A stretch of 63,890 bases of DNA, the filler included, from Craspedostauros australis (taxonomy: Eukaryota): the NCBI GenBank assembly GCA_030167865.1. It is 13 parts of 13 records of this genome, joined end to end, with 100 filler letters (N's around TTAATTAATTAA, not from the genome) between each part and the next. Parts side by side here need not be neighbours in the genome. Positions count along the whole stretch, not along the records: positions 34,179 to 37,751 come from JALAGF010003339.1; positions 37,852 to 39,692 come from JALAGF010003340.1; positions 39,793 to 44,521 come from JALAGF010003342.1; positions 44,622 to 51,891 come from JALAGF010003343.1; 9 more parts are not named here. One strand, given 5' to 3'. How positions within the stretch are numbered: the stretch's first letter is position 1; each line of letters opens with the position of its first letter. The translations under genes and the position numbers were made by a program. The notes under the pieces were generated by a model. The model ran no database searches. It saw nothing but the letters and a program-made list of their open reading frames with translations, and was not told the origin of the DNA. Below, one piece after another: positions 35,212 through 46,193 of the stretch.

Positions 35212-36653
35212 CGTGGATTTATGTTTCCGTGCGTGTGTGCGGATGTGTGGATGTGTCGCGTGGATGCGTACAATTCGTGCTTGCGTGTGTACGGATTGAT
35301 GATGTGCACTCGAATGGAAAGCCTGAGAGTTCTTCTGTGAGAGTCTAGATGTGATTGACGGTGAGAGAGAAGACGAGCAACGTGCCTCGCGGTGATTCCA
35401 CGTTCGGTATCCTCGAACTCTTTGCGTTGTGCTGCGGTCGACGCGAGCGTGGCAGTGTAGCAGGGATGGGAGAGAGAGAGTTGACAACCTGACAATTTGT
35501 GACGTTGCGATACGCTGCGTTGCGTTGAGTTGTTGCTTTCGTTGCTGTCGTTGTGTCAGAACGCCACGAAAGATAGCTCAGTGCTTCAATAGCAATGGCC
35601 GATCAATGGACTGTTCGCTCGGCTGTCTGCTCACTTGCTTGCTTGGTCGCTTACTTGTTGTCTTGCGCTGGATGGGAAAGCCTCGAATTTGCCACAGAAT
35701 GGAAGATTATGTGAGAGTTGCGGATCGTGGGAGACCACGTTCTTCGTTCTCTGTCGTTATCGTTTCTCCTGCTGTTGGGATTGGGATGAGACGTTGCGAG
35801 CCTTTCCTTCGGCTTCCTTGTGAGTGTGCGTTGATTGTCTCTCGCTTGACTTGCTGCTTACTGATGCTTGATGCAACGCGTGGTGTGATGCTCGGCACTT
35901 TGTGTGTTGTGAATGGAACGTTGATTGCGTCGATGGCTGAATCAATGAGCGAAACGTTACGTCAATCAATCATTTTGCTTGTTCGATGAAAGTAGCGGCG
36001 GAGACACCGCGTTCGGAAATCCACACAGTCGCACCACGGCGTAAAACGCCCTCCAAGCTCCATCAAGCTCTGCCAAGTTCCACCACAAGAGCACCCTCAC
36101 AGACTGCTCCACGGCGCAGAATTCCGCGATGCGACTTGGCGATCACCACACGCAGCGTGGATCTTGCGAGCAATTTTTTGTGGCGCCCAAATTCTGCCAA
36201 CATGGTCCTTCCCCACCAAAATTGTGGCGTGCGATTTTGTGTTTTTGTGTGTTCACCAAATCGTGGATGGATGTTTTGTCGAAGTGGTCGACATTGGGAT
36301 TGTCATTCTCAATCGAGTCGGACGATTCCAATTCGTTCTTCCACAAAGGCTAGTCGTGAAAGATAGAGGGGACAGACTTTTCGGGTTGAGATTGCAGGAA
36401 CAGCATGCCACCAGAACTCCTCTAGCTCGCAGCATGGCAGATGAGCAACTAGTGTACTTCTTCCAGATCGAAGTGAAAATCAGGTGATAAGATGAGTAGA
36501 GGAGCATCATCGTAGTTTGTTTGATGTGGTACTACGCACTTTTGTTATGGTCGTACTGCATTGAGTACACGTATTGTATATCCACTTCCTCACCAGCTCG
36601 TGTCTCCGGTTCAACTACGGGTGTGGCAGGATTGTCTGTCTCTCTCTCGGTCA

Positions 36654-37703
36654 TCATGCATTTAACACCTCCGCTGTCTTCATCGTATCCAGGACGATTT
36701 TCACCATGTCTGGGTGGTCGAACAGCTCATGGCCCACATCAGGAATCAAATGGAATCTTGGACTCCTGCAGCTACTGCGATCACCGCTTGCTTCGGTGAT
36801 GGTGGGTGGGAAGATGCCCATGTACTGACGGCTGGTGTGTTCGGGTATCATGTCTTGGCCACCATGGACGATGGTGACAGGGAAGGCGGCTTTGGAGAGG
36901 CGTCTTCGACATTCGGGGATGTAGTCATGCTCCATACCCATGGACATGAAGGCAGCAAAGCAGGCCATGCCGCCGATCATGGACTTGTCAACCTTATCCA
37001 TTGCCGCATTCACCTTTGCCTCATTGCCATCAAAGTCCGCGCGGTAGTAGTGACGGCAGAAGTCGCACTGCCGTTGTCCCAAGGTTTCATCGGTTTCTTT
37101 CGGCAGGCTGCCAAAATCGAGATATCGCTTCATGAAGGCATCAAATTCATCGAGTATCGCAACGCTTGGCGGTGCCCCAGAAGTAGCATCCGTGTTCCCA
37201 TCGTCGCTGCCTCCGTCTTCCTCATCCACATTGCTTCGTTGCGAGATGACCACCAGCTTGCTGCGGATCATTTTGAATATGTCGCCGCTCTTCGATGGAT
37301 CCTTGGCAGGCAGCTGCAATACCGCGGCCGGGGCCATCAGTGTGAGAGATGCCACATGACTTGGAAATTCGGCTGCGTACATCGTGGCGAGGAAGCCGCC
37401 GAATGAATGCGCAACCAAGTGAAGCTTCTCGACCTTGAGCCTGTCCTTGCGAATGCATTCCACATCTGCCAGCTGAGCCCCGATGCCCAATTCTTGCTCC
37501 AGTATCTTCATGCCAGGCCACATTCCAGGAGTCGGAAACTTCGAGAATGGTCGCGTGGATTTGCCACACCCGCGGGCGTGGTAGAGATAGATCTCGTCGG
37601 CCACTGCGTCATCCTTGGCGATGGCATCAAATAACTTCCATGGAACTGCAGGCGCAATCGCTGGACCTCCATGCATGCAGAGGATGGCAGAATGCGTCGT
37701 CAT
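36654..37703 (-). CDS. Alpha/beta hydrolase (proline iminopeptidase-like)
   Basis: HGGP oxyanion motif, RGCGKS, nucleophile elbow AHSFGG, HGGQD acid and GHE catalytic His. The true start may lie upstream, near the gap. Confidence 0.85.
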   Translation of the reverse strand: MTTHSAILCMHGGPAIAPAVPWKLFDAIAKDDAVADEIYLYHARGCGKSTRPFSKFPTPGMWPGMKILEQELGIGAQLADVECIRKDRLKVEKLHLVAHSFGGFLATMYAAEFPSHVASLTLMAPAAVLQLPAKDPSKSGDIFKMIRSKLVVISQRSNVDEEDGGSDDGNTDATSGAPPSVAILDEFDAFMKRYLDFGSLPKETDETLGQRQCDFCRHYYRADFDGNEAKVNAAMDKVDKSMIGGMACFAAFMSMGMEHDYIPECRRRLSKAAFPVTIVHGGQDMIPEHTSRQYMGIFPPTITEASGDRSSCRSPRFHLIPDVGHELFDHPDMVKIVLDTMKTAEVLNA

Positions 37704-37851
37704 CTCTGCGCCCGACTTTCTATTGGTTTGGTTGGGTGGAGGAGGTTGATTNNNNNNNNNNNNNNNNNNNNNNNNNNNNNNNNNNNNNNNNNNNNTTAAT
37801 TAATTAANNNNNNNNNNNNNNNNNNNNNNNNNNNNNNNNNNNNNNNNNNNN

Positions 37852-38773
37852 GTGATTCCCTACTGGTAGACGATGGTGTAAATGCTGTTTCTGTTTGCTA
37901 TTTCATCACGTGGGTGGTTGAGTATCTCTGCGGATAGCTCTCGCTCGACTATGAGTTCACACAAGATGCTCTCTTGTGTTTCCGTCTCTACAAGTGTTGG
38001 AACTCCAGGGTTATCGTAGTACTCTATTCTGTTATTAGATTGTACCGTTTTAGAACTGTGGAGATCAATCTTCTTGACCCTCTTCAATTCAAATTTGATT
38101 GCAAGTGTAATCCATAGCAGTTCACCATAGTCATACACTTGTCCATAGTTGCTCTCATCTGCATCATCAACTTGCTCTCATGCTCTCTCCTTCAGATTCA
38201 TTGTGCATTTCAGTAGTGCCATGCCTCTTCTATATTCAAGCAGTATTTCTTGTAGCCGCACGGGTACCTCAGCTTGGGTCTCAGCCTGATCGATCCCACA
38301 TCATCTTTGATTCCTCAGTATTCTTCCTATGCCACCCCCACGGTCTCAGCAATCATGTTTGTCCAATGTCGCATTGTCATTCGTGCTCTTGGGTGACTCA
38401 GGGATCGCCTCCGTTTCTCCTTCTCGCCGTTTCTCCCATTGGGGTGACTCTGGAGCGTCTCTTGTCTGTTGAGGCATGTCGACTTGCTTGGAATTTATTG
38501 ACTGTATTGCACATAGTCTTGACTCATGTGCAGATACATCCCTAGTGGTCAAATTACAGGTTCGCCCTCATTTCCATGACAGTTCATAGATAGACTCTAT
38601 TGTGGGACATGACTGCGTATGGTGCCAGCCACAAAAGGTGGAGTGAGGAGAGACAAGCTACAAGGTAGTCCAAGTGTGATCAACAAGGTTGAATTGTTCA
38701 AGTTGTGAAGATATTATTGGGAGGTGCTGCAATCAGGGGTATCTTGACAAAGTTGTACCCTCGATTCCTGACA
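37852..38773. mobile_element. LTR-like remnant related to 17624..18507
   Basis: Blockwise similarity over the right half, ending ...TTCCTGACA at 38773. Confidence 0.45.
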
Positions 38774-39450
38774 TCGGGAGTGCAAGGATCTTGCAAATAT
38801 GCAACGCCATAAATCGGCATGTGTATGGGTCTCCCGTGGTGGGAGTGAAGTTGTGATGGAGGCCATTGAGGTCTTCCTTGGTGAGGAAGGTGAGGTCGCC
38901 AATGTTTCCACCGCTGCGTCGATGATAACGTGGCAGTGATTGGAGTTGTTGGAGATACCCACGGCCTTGAGGACGTGGTTCAGTACGGTGATGGAGTTGG
39001 TGGGTTCTGTTGTTTTGGTCGGTTCGTCACGGAGAAGCGGATACGCTGTACTCAGTGTGTTCATGTGCACTGCCTTGGTTGGCTCTTCTTGTTGTTTGGT
39101 TTCTGCTTCACATCGTCACATGATGCACTCGGGTCGTTGCTGATGGGATCAGCTTGGTGTGTTGGAGTTGATTTCACTCAGTCAGGTCAGGACGTAGCGC
39201 TCGCGACTGTTAATCTATTGTCCTGTTGTTGTAAAGAGCGAAATCTCACGAGTCGTTCAAGAGAGATCAAGTCTTTCAGGATGACGGCGATGAGCTGTAG
39301 AAAAGAAGACACTGATTGGGTAGAGTGACTTCTGAATCTATGGTTATCTTACTTAGGTGTATCTCATGCTGTTGTGTTCAAGGACATCTCTTGCTTGTGC
39401 CAAGTTGAGGTGCTATCCTTCTCTAAGATTCTTTACGTTTGATCCACCAG

Positions 39451-39692
39451 TGTCGAGATGTATATGTGAGTATATGTCAAGATGTACGTGTATATGTGCA
39501 TCGTTCACCTGTTATTCTCTCATACGCACTTGGACGGTATAACTACACTCGTGTCGATAGTATGCTGTGATTCGTCAGAATTACAGCAGAAATGGAACAC
39601 ACGAAAAAGAGCAAGATTTCTGGAGGAAATTTGCAATCGACGATTTCTGAGAGAATTGAAAGATCGTCCGTCCATCCATCAATGGTACCAAG
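39451..39692. mobile_element. LTR-like element (16687 family), truncated by a gap
   Basis: Begins TGTCGAGATG and aligns with 16687..16925. Confidence 0.68.
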
Positions 39693-40394
39693 NNNNNNNN
39701 NNNNNNNNNNNNNNNNNNNNNNNNNNNNNNNNNNNNTTAATTAATTAANNNNNNNNNNNNNNNNNNNNNNNNNNNNNNNNNNNNNNNNNNNNTGATTGAG
39801 TGGCAGTGCTGGACAGCGTGGCGCCTGATTTGAGTTGATGGATCATCCAGCTGAGCTGAGCGGAGGCGGTATCCATCTCCTTTTTTGTGGTTGAGGTTGG
39901 GTTGGTTTCACAAACTTTCTCCGACTTTGTGGTGTGTGATGGCTTCGGCGTCACAAAATGACGGAGATGGCGAAGGCGCGGCGAATTTTCGGTCACAAAT
40001 AGTTGCATTTGGACACAAACAACATCGCCGCGTCTATGGCGAATCGCGGAATAATTCCGATGGACTTCTTTGGTACGAAGAACAAGCGCTGTACGTAGAG
40101 AGAAAGGCGGAAGAACTAGTACCCTTCTTTATGGATTCTTCCATCGCCGTTTTCTGTGCTTCGTTGGCGTTTGGCCCGTTTGGTGCGTTGTTGTTGTTCA
40201 AAACACGTCTTCACCAGACAACTGCTCCAGCACAGCGCTGTGTTCAGTATGTTCTTTGTGACAGTTGTCCCATCACATTCTCCTCCTCATAAAACCAACA
40301 TTCTCACAACTTCAGAGCCAACGACCAACACAGCCAGCACAGTCAGCACAGTCAGCACCACAAACACACTCAAATACAATCAACGACAGCAAAG

Positions 40395-40988
40395 ATGAAC
40401 ACCACCACCACCACCAAGAATAACACCAAGAAGACAGTCAGGTTCAACGAGAGCGTGCGATGCAAGTTCGTGCTTCACAACAAGAACTACACAGAGGAAG
40501 AGCACAGCAACGCCTTCATGAGCCACGAAGACATGCAGGCCATCAAGGCCGACATCCGATCCACGCTGAGAGCCATCAACGATGGCACCATGCCAATGCA
40601 GCGCGGCTTGGAATCGCGCACGAGGGAGGCCTCGGAACGGCGCTCGGCTCTGAAGCACTGTGCCAGAACCACCGTCCTGGACGAACAGGCAGACCAGAAG
40701 GTCGCCGGTGATCACGATCCTGACTTCATCGCCTCCATGTACCAGCAGGTCAGCAAGAAGAGCCAGAAGGCTGCCGCCATGCGCGGAAAGATGGATGAAG
40801 AGGAGGCCGAGATGATCAGAGGCGAGGACATCATCAGCCGCCAACAGAGATCGCAATCGCATCCAGACTGCGAGTCATATTCTCCAAAGACCATCTCGCT
40901 TGCTTCCAAGCTGAGATCGAACCCAATCAAGCCATTGAAGTCGTTGGCAGTTGGTCCCATTCGCATGTTCATCGGCAAGGCAGCCTAA
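40395..40988 (+). CDS. Diatom-type hypothetical protein (VxF...RGLE...VLDEQ family), paralogue 1
   Basis: 197-aa ORF, alignable with 43573..44337. Confidence 0.82.
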   Translation: MNTTTTTKNNTKKTVRFNESVRCKFVLHNKNYTEEEHSNAFMSHEDMQAIKADIRSTLRAINDGTMPMQRGLESRTREASERRSALKHCARTTVLDEQADQKVAGDHDPDFIASMYQQVSKKSQKAAAMRGKMDEEEAEMIRGEDIISRQQRSQSHPDCESYSPKTISLASKLRSNPIKPLKSLAVGPIRMFIGKAA

Positions 40989-41683
40989 GCACCGAATGGA
41001 CCATGCATTGGTATCAATACGCTATAAACAAGTCAATGCCGTGGGCAGCTTGATGGGGAAGGGGGTGTACATACACATAGAAACACAAAATAGAGATAGA
41101 CAAACAGACACAAACACACAGACACAATCACAACTACCATAGAACTTATCACAATGCGATTGCTCTACACGACGAAATGCACTTGGCACAACACTATAAT
41201 AGTAGTACGACTATGCCATGTACTCGCACCTGATTCCATGACCGTCTTTGCCACAGCGTCGGTGACGAGACTTTCAGAGGTATTGTTGCGTCAAGCGACT
41301 GATCGATTTTCCTTCCTCTCACCCCACATCCTCTTTGATTTGCTTTGGTGCTCGCATCTTCCTCGTCTCATTTGCTCGAACGCGAGGTATGGTGCAAGTA
41401 ACCGCAGCACAGAACAGGAGTAGATTAGATTAGATCGTACACAGAGCGACATCGACCGAACCTGACATTCCTCATTTTGGAACTGCAAGGACGAAGTCCA
41501 CGTCTGCGCACAGGATCATCAAGGTCGCTGTGAGCAACTGTACGTACGATCATCGTGACGGGCGCACTTTGATCTCCTTGCCTCTCTCTCTCTCTGTGTC
41601 TGCGCGTGCTGTGGATCCCTGTGTCAGTTCCATCGTTGGTGTGCACGTCTGCTGGCAAGATCAGCACAACGAGGTCATCATCT

Positions 41684-41721
41684 CACAGAGACTCCACAGA
41701 GACTCCACAGAGACTCACAGA
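41684..41721. repeat. Short tandem repeat, 11-mer (CACAGAGACTC) x3
   Basis: cacagagactccacagagactccacagagactcacaga. Confidence 0.7.
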
Positions 41722-43572
41722 AGCTGAAAGCAACCTCACAGACATGTCTGGTGCCATGCTCGCAGATGTGGAGGAGATCCCAATCCACCACGGACCGGCA
41801 CCGAGGCCAAGAGATAAGAGTACAATTCGAATTCAAGTCTGAAGTAGAAGCGCAAGGGGAGAAACAACGATGTGGGTGACATCAAGAGGAAAGACGAGGA
41901 TGCCGGATCGAAGATCAAAGGCATGTATGTGTGGTACGCGGAAATGCCAATAACCGCGTTTCCATTGCATGGCTGGTGCACAATGAAGGTTTCAGCAAAT
42001 GCAGATTCATGAACAACGGCGCAGACCCGAGTGTATGATAATATCATTGGGCGCTATGAGCATGAAGCCGACGACGACGATGATGACAGGAGGTGAGCAC
42101 CAAAACAGAACCCGTGACCGGCCAGGGGACGTTCTCATCAAGGTTCAATCTTTGGTTGGTGGCGACCCTGAAGAGACGGAGAGAGGCCGCAGCATCTTGC
42201 AAGCTGCGGGCTACTATGCCACCAAACCTGCGCGCAAAGGCTCCAATCAGCCGCGCCAGCAAACCTACCAGTGCTTCGGCGATGCTCGTGGATACATGGA
42301 TGGCCAAAGGACAGAAGGAGAGGAGGAAAGAAATCGAGAGCAAGTAGTGCGCCAGCTAGCAGAGCAGCGAAGAATGAGCACATCTGAGTTGGGAACACCG
42401 CCGCCATCCAACCGCATCCACGTCGTCACCATCAGCGCCAACAACCACAAGTATCCATAGACATTATACAATCACATCCGCGTCCAAATCCGAGGGCCAA
42501 CGTCGTCATACTACTCCAAGGAGGAAGAGCACCCCAATGTCACCCACCGATGAACCCGAAGACGCTGCTTGCGTGATCTTACAGTTCGTATGCGTGTCTC
42601 CTGTTCAAGACCTTTTGCCAAAATGTTCCTCACTGTGAGAGTCTGTGTCAGCGCATTTTGGTCCCCACAGAGAAACCAAGACCATAGATCTTGGGATGTG
42701 GCATGGGTATCGCTGGTGTGGCCGCGGATGACATCAACTGCGACAAGAACGATGATACCAACGCCACAATCATGATGAGCAACACAAAACGGATCCATCT
42801 ATTTTCGGAAAGTGTTGGTTTCTGACGAAAGAGGTATCGATGGTGGTGAGGAGTGTCAACAATTGGCCGAGTTGCGGAACTGCACTCCGTCTTGTATCCG
42901 CCACTTCGCTGTCCCGTTCTTCACCACCGCCGTTCTTCCGTGGTTATCTGTTGGTCCAATCCTCTTTTTGTGATCAATGCCTGCAACAACGCGGTGGGAT
43001 AGTTGTCACAAGCAAGCCATCCTCGGCATATCTTTCGCCCTTTGCTTCATGTCACACCTTCAGAAACTTAACATAACTGCCTCTCTGCACCACTTTCGTG
43101 TTCTTTGGAATGCGCAGAAGGAGAATATAAATTGTGCGGAACAACAGAAAGAGCATAATTACAGATGGACAGGTAAGAGAAATATGCGTATTCATAGCAC
43201 GTCACAACACAGGCCATTCAACCCTTCAGCCAAATGACCCCATGGATGACTGTGCACGATCGAATGAACGCCAGTTTGTGCGCAGTCATTCGCCACAGCG
43301 CAATTCGATTTCCCACGGAGCTTTCGAAAACGATGCCACGAACGTGGCGGAATCCCGTGAGGTGAACTGGCAACCAACACAAACGCCCACGCAAAACGAC
43401 GCAAGTGTGTTGGGCGCAGCTCGCGGTGCAAAGTACCCGTAACTGCGGCATCACTGCGACCGCTCTTCTCCCTTCTTCGGTAGTTTGTTTGTTGTTCTCA
43501 CAAAATCAAACCGATCACAACCCAAAACCAAAGATCAAAAACAGCCAGCACAACCAACACAACAAATTCACG

Positions 43573-43584
43573 ATGGCTACTACC

Positions 43585-43616
<32 letters not shown>

Positions 43617-44337
43617 CAACAACAACAAGCGCCGCGTGTCCTTCAACGAACGCGTGCGCTGCAAGTTCTCCCTGCACCACAACGACTTCACAGAGGAAGA
43701 GAGAGTCGCGACGTGGATGACAAGGGAGGAGATGATGGCCACGCGCGACGACATCCGCTCCACCATCTTGGACATCCAGGCCGGCAAGCTGCCGATGCAA
43801 CGTGGTCTAGAGTTCCGCACCAAGGCGGCATCCAAGCGCAGGGCCGCATTGAAGAACGAGGCCAGGGCTGTCGTTCTCGATGAACAGTCCGACCAGCGCA
43901 GGGAAGGGGATTGCGATGTGCAGTACATGGCGGAAATGTACGCCGAGGTCTGCGAAGGTTCACAGCGACAGGCCGGACTCCGCGGCATGCTCGATGAGCA
44001 GGTTGCGAGGCAGCTAAATTCACTCAAGGGCGATGATGACACCGCTTCCACGGCATCTTCATCGTACCTCTCTCTTTCGTCCATCAGCGAAGGTTCACAG
44101 GCACCGGAGACGGAGAGCATGACTGGAGGCAGCCAAAACAACCACCAGAACAGCACCTTCCCATCCGGCGTTTCTCCCAAGAAACGTCTACCAGGTATCT
44201 CCAAACTCTCGCAGCTGTTGATGCCATCATCGTCGTCATCGTCACCATCATCTTCTTCTTCATCATCCATGATGTCGAGAAAGACGAGCAAACCACGCAT
44301 GGGTCCGATCAGATTGCTCGTTGGAAAGGCAGCCTGA
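43573..44337 (+). CDS. Diatom-type hypothetical protein (VxF...RGLE...VLDEQ family), paralogue 2
   Basis: RRVSFNERVRCKF...DIRSTI...PMQRGLE...VLDEQ...GPIRLLVGKAA*; ATG at 43573. Confidence 0.82.
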
Positions 44338-44621
44338 AGGAGCGCACCGCTCACAGTATTGCAACGACATTCGATTGCAGTCTCCACGCAGCGGAAAATA
44401 CGAGCAGACGAGCCAATCACACGCGCGCCAGTTCCCATAGCGTACCATACACCATACACCATGCCACATAATACAATACTAGAGTAATACAATAGAGACA
44501 TCACTTCAGAACCACAAACACNNNNNNNNNNNNNNNNNNNNNNNNNNNNNNNNNNNNNNNNNNNNTTAATTAATTAANNNNNNNNNNNNNNNNNNNNNNN
44601 NNNNNNNNNNNNNNNNNNNNN

Positions 44622-45931
44622 ATGTCACAGAACAAGCCTGCTCTGCAGATGGCATCCACTACTGACTGTGTGCGTGTGTGCAAGATTTCCACGACATGTC
44701 ACTGAGCAACAGAGAATGGCTGAAGCACGACAGCATGACTCCCTACCTTTTTCCTCAATCGTCCTATCAATAGCAAGCTTAACACATAAAACAAGCAATC
44801 AGAAACACTCTTCACAGCTTACTTCCAAGTCTACTAGAGTTACATCATCGTCTGACATAGCTTTGTCCTCAACATCAAACGGTGCCAAAGCCGGTTGAAG
44901 GACAGATCATCCTCCTGACAGCGTGCAAAAGACACGGAATACCAACTGTCCGAGTTGAATTTCGTAAGTTCCCGTTGTTCTCGCGAGTTGAAGTTCACTT
45001 AAGAACAGACTACGAGTTCGATTTTCATGTCCTGTTGTGGCACGATCCGGAAGGGAAGGCCTAGCTGACTGCCAGACTCAGTGAAGCTGTTGATGCAGTT
45101 AGCTAGGGATGGCTGTCTGGGAAGATGGTAGTAGGTGACAATGAGTAGATTAGTGCTGATGTGCTGATCTTGAGTTGTGCTATTTGTTACATTGAATAAT
45201 CTGCATTGTGAGTTGATCAGTTTAAGATGTAGGATGAAGAAACGATGTTCAGTTGGATGGTGCGGCTCTGCACTGACCCTCAGAGGTTCAGTGCTGAGAA
45301 CAGACGAAGCTCCTCTCTCTCACTCTCTCCACTATCTGTAGTAGTTGTTCTGCACTCAAGTACAAAGCCTTGACATCTTGATTGAGGTTGCGATTGAGAA
45401 CACAGGAGGGCAGGTGATAGGAATTACAGTTGGATTCCCTGCTTGTGTTGAAGCAGGGCGGATCTCTTCATTGTTGTCGAGTAGTGGTAGTAGGTGTCAT
45501 AGCTGACAAGGGAATTGAGGCAAGTTGCAATTCAAGGATTCAGGGGAGCATACAGTTACCAGAACAGCTTGGATCGAGTCATTTGAGTAGTTTGAGTCAG
45601 TGATGATCAGTGAATGGAAAAAGGAGGAAAAAAGAATGGAGGATTTGCTGTTGCCGTAGCTGGAAGATTTCGCGCCGAAGTGAATTTCGCGTGGCAATCT
45701 GGGACACACTGAAATGGAAAGTAGTCTGTTCTTAAGTGAACTTCAACTGTGCTCGCCCATTTGTTGTTCAATCGTGTGTACTGATGGTAGTACAGACAAC
45801 ACAGTCACCGGTCAACAGTTATATGAGGGGAAATACCGTTTTTCGCAAGTTTTAGTGATGTCATGTTTTTTTAACTGATCAGGTTGTTTCAGTCGTTGAT
45901 TCTGTCACAGATTCTTCCACAATGTGGTTCC
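44622..45931. repeat. 1.3-kb non-coding segment present three times (also 51992..53303 and, reversed, 54558..55589); probably one locus with two haplotypes
   Basis: Identical for about 1030 bp. The third copy ends at the first polymorphism between the other two. Confidence 0.85.
44986..45748. repeat. Segment flanked by perfect 28-bp inverted repeats AGTTGAAGTTCACTTAAGAACAGACTAC (44986..45013 and 45721..45748)
   Basis: Direct read; the same pair occurs at 52356..52383 and 53091..53118. Confidence 0.9.
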
Positions 45932-46074
45932 TGTTGGCATACTGCCCACGGACGATGACAGACGCCGTGGCAATCACAGGACAGCACAGAAGAGATCGTC
46001 CCTTCCGGTCATAAATCACATTAGTAATCATCCACACACACACACACACACACAGTTCCCCTCAGATACTGACA
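45932..46074 (+). repeat. 5' LTR (143 bp, TG...CA)
   Basis: Starts exactly where homology to the empty allele breaks (TGTTGGCATA), ends ATACTGACA and is followed by GGTTATAGCC. Confidence 0.82.
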
Positions 46075-46084
46075 GGTTATAGCC
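46075..46084 (+). promoter_or_regulatory. Putative primer-binding site GGTTATAGCC
   Basis: Immediately 3' of the LTR; resembles the GGTTATGGGCC internal tRNAi-Met PBS of copia-type elements. Confidence 0.6.
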
Positions 46085-46193
46085 TTTCGCGCTCTCCTCT
46101 CCTCGCGCTTTGTGTTCAAGGACGTTCCATTCCCTTACACTCAGTGGTATCTCTTCCCTGCCCCTTCTCCTCTTCCCTTCGCTTCGCTCCAAC

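Noticed and set aside
36165..36200. E2F-like TGGCGCCCAAA about 1 kb upstream of the cyclin
   Set aside because: A single short motif that could arise by chance; no support from this window alone.
41730..42800. Several 80-150-aa ORFs between the two RGLE paralogues
   Set aside because: No recognisable homology or consistent coding frame.
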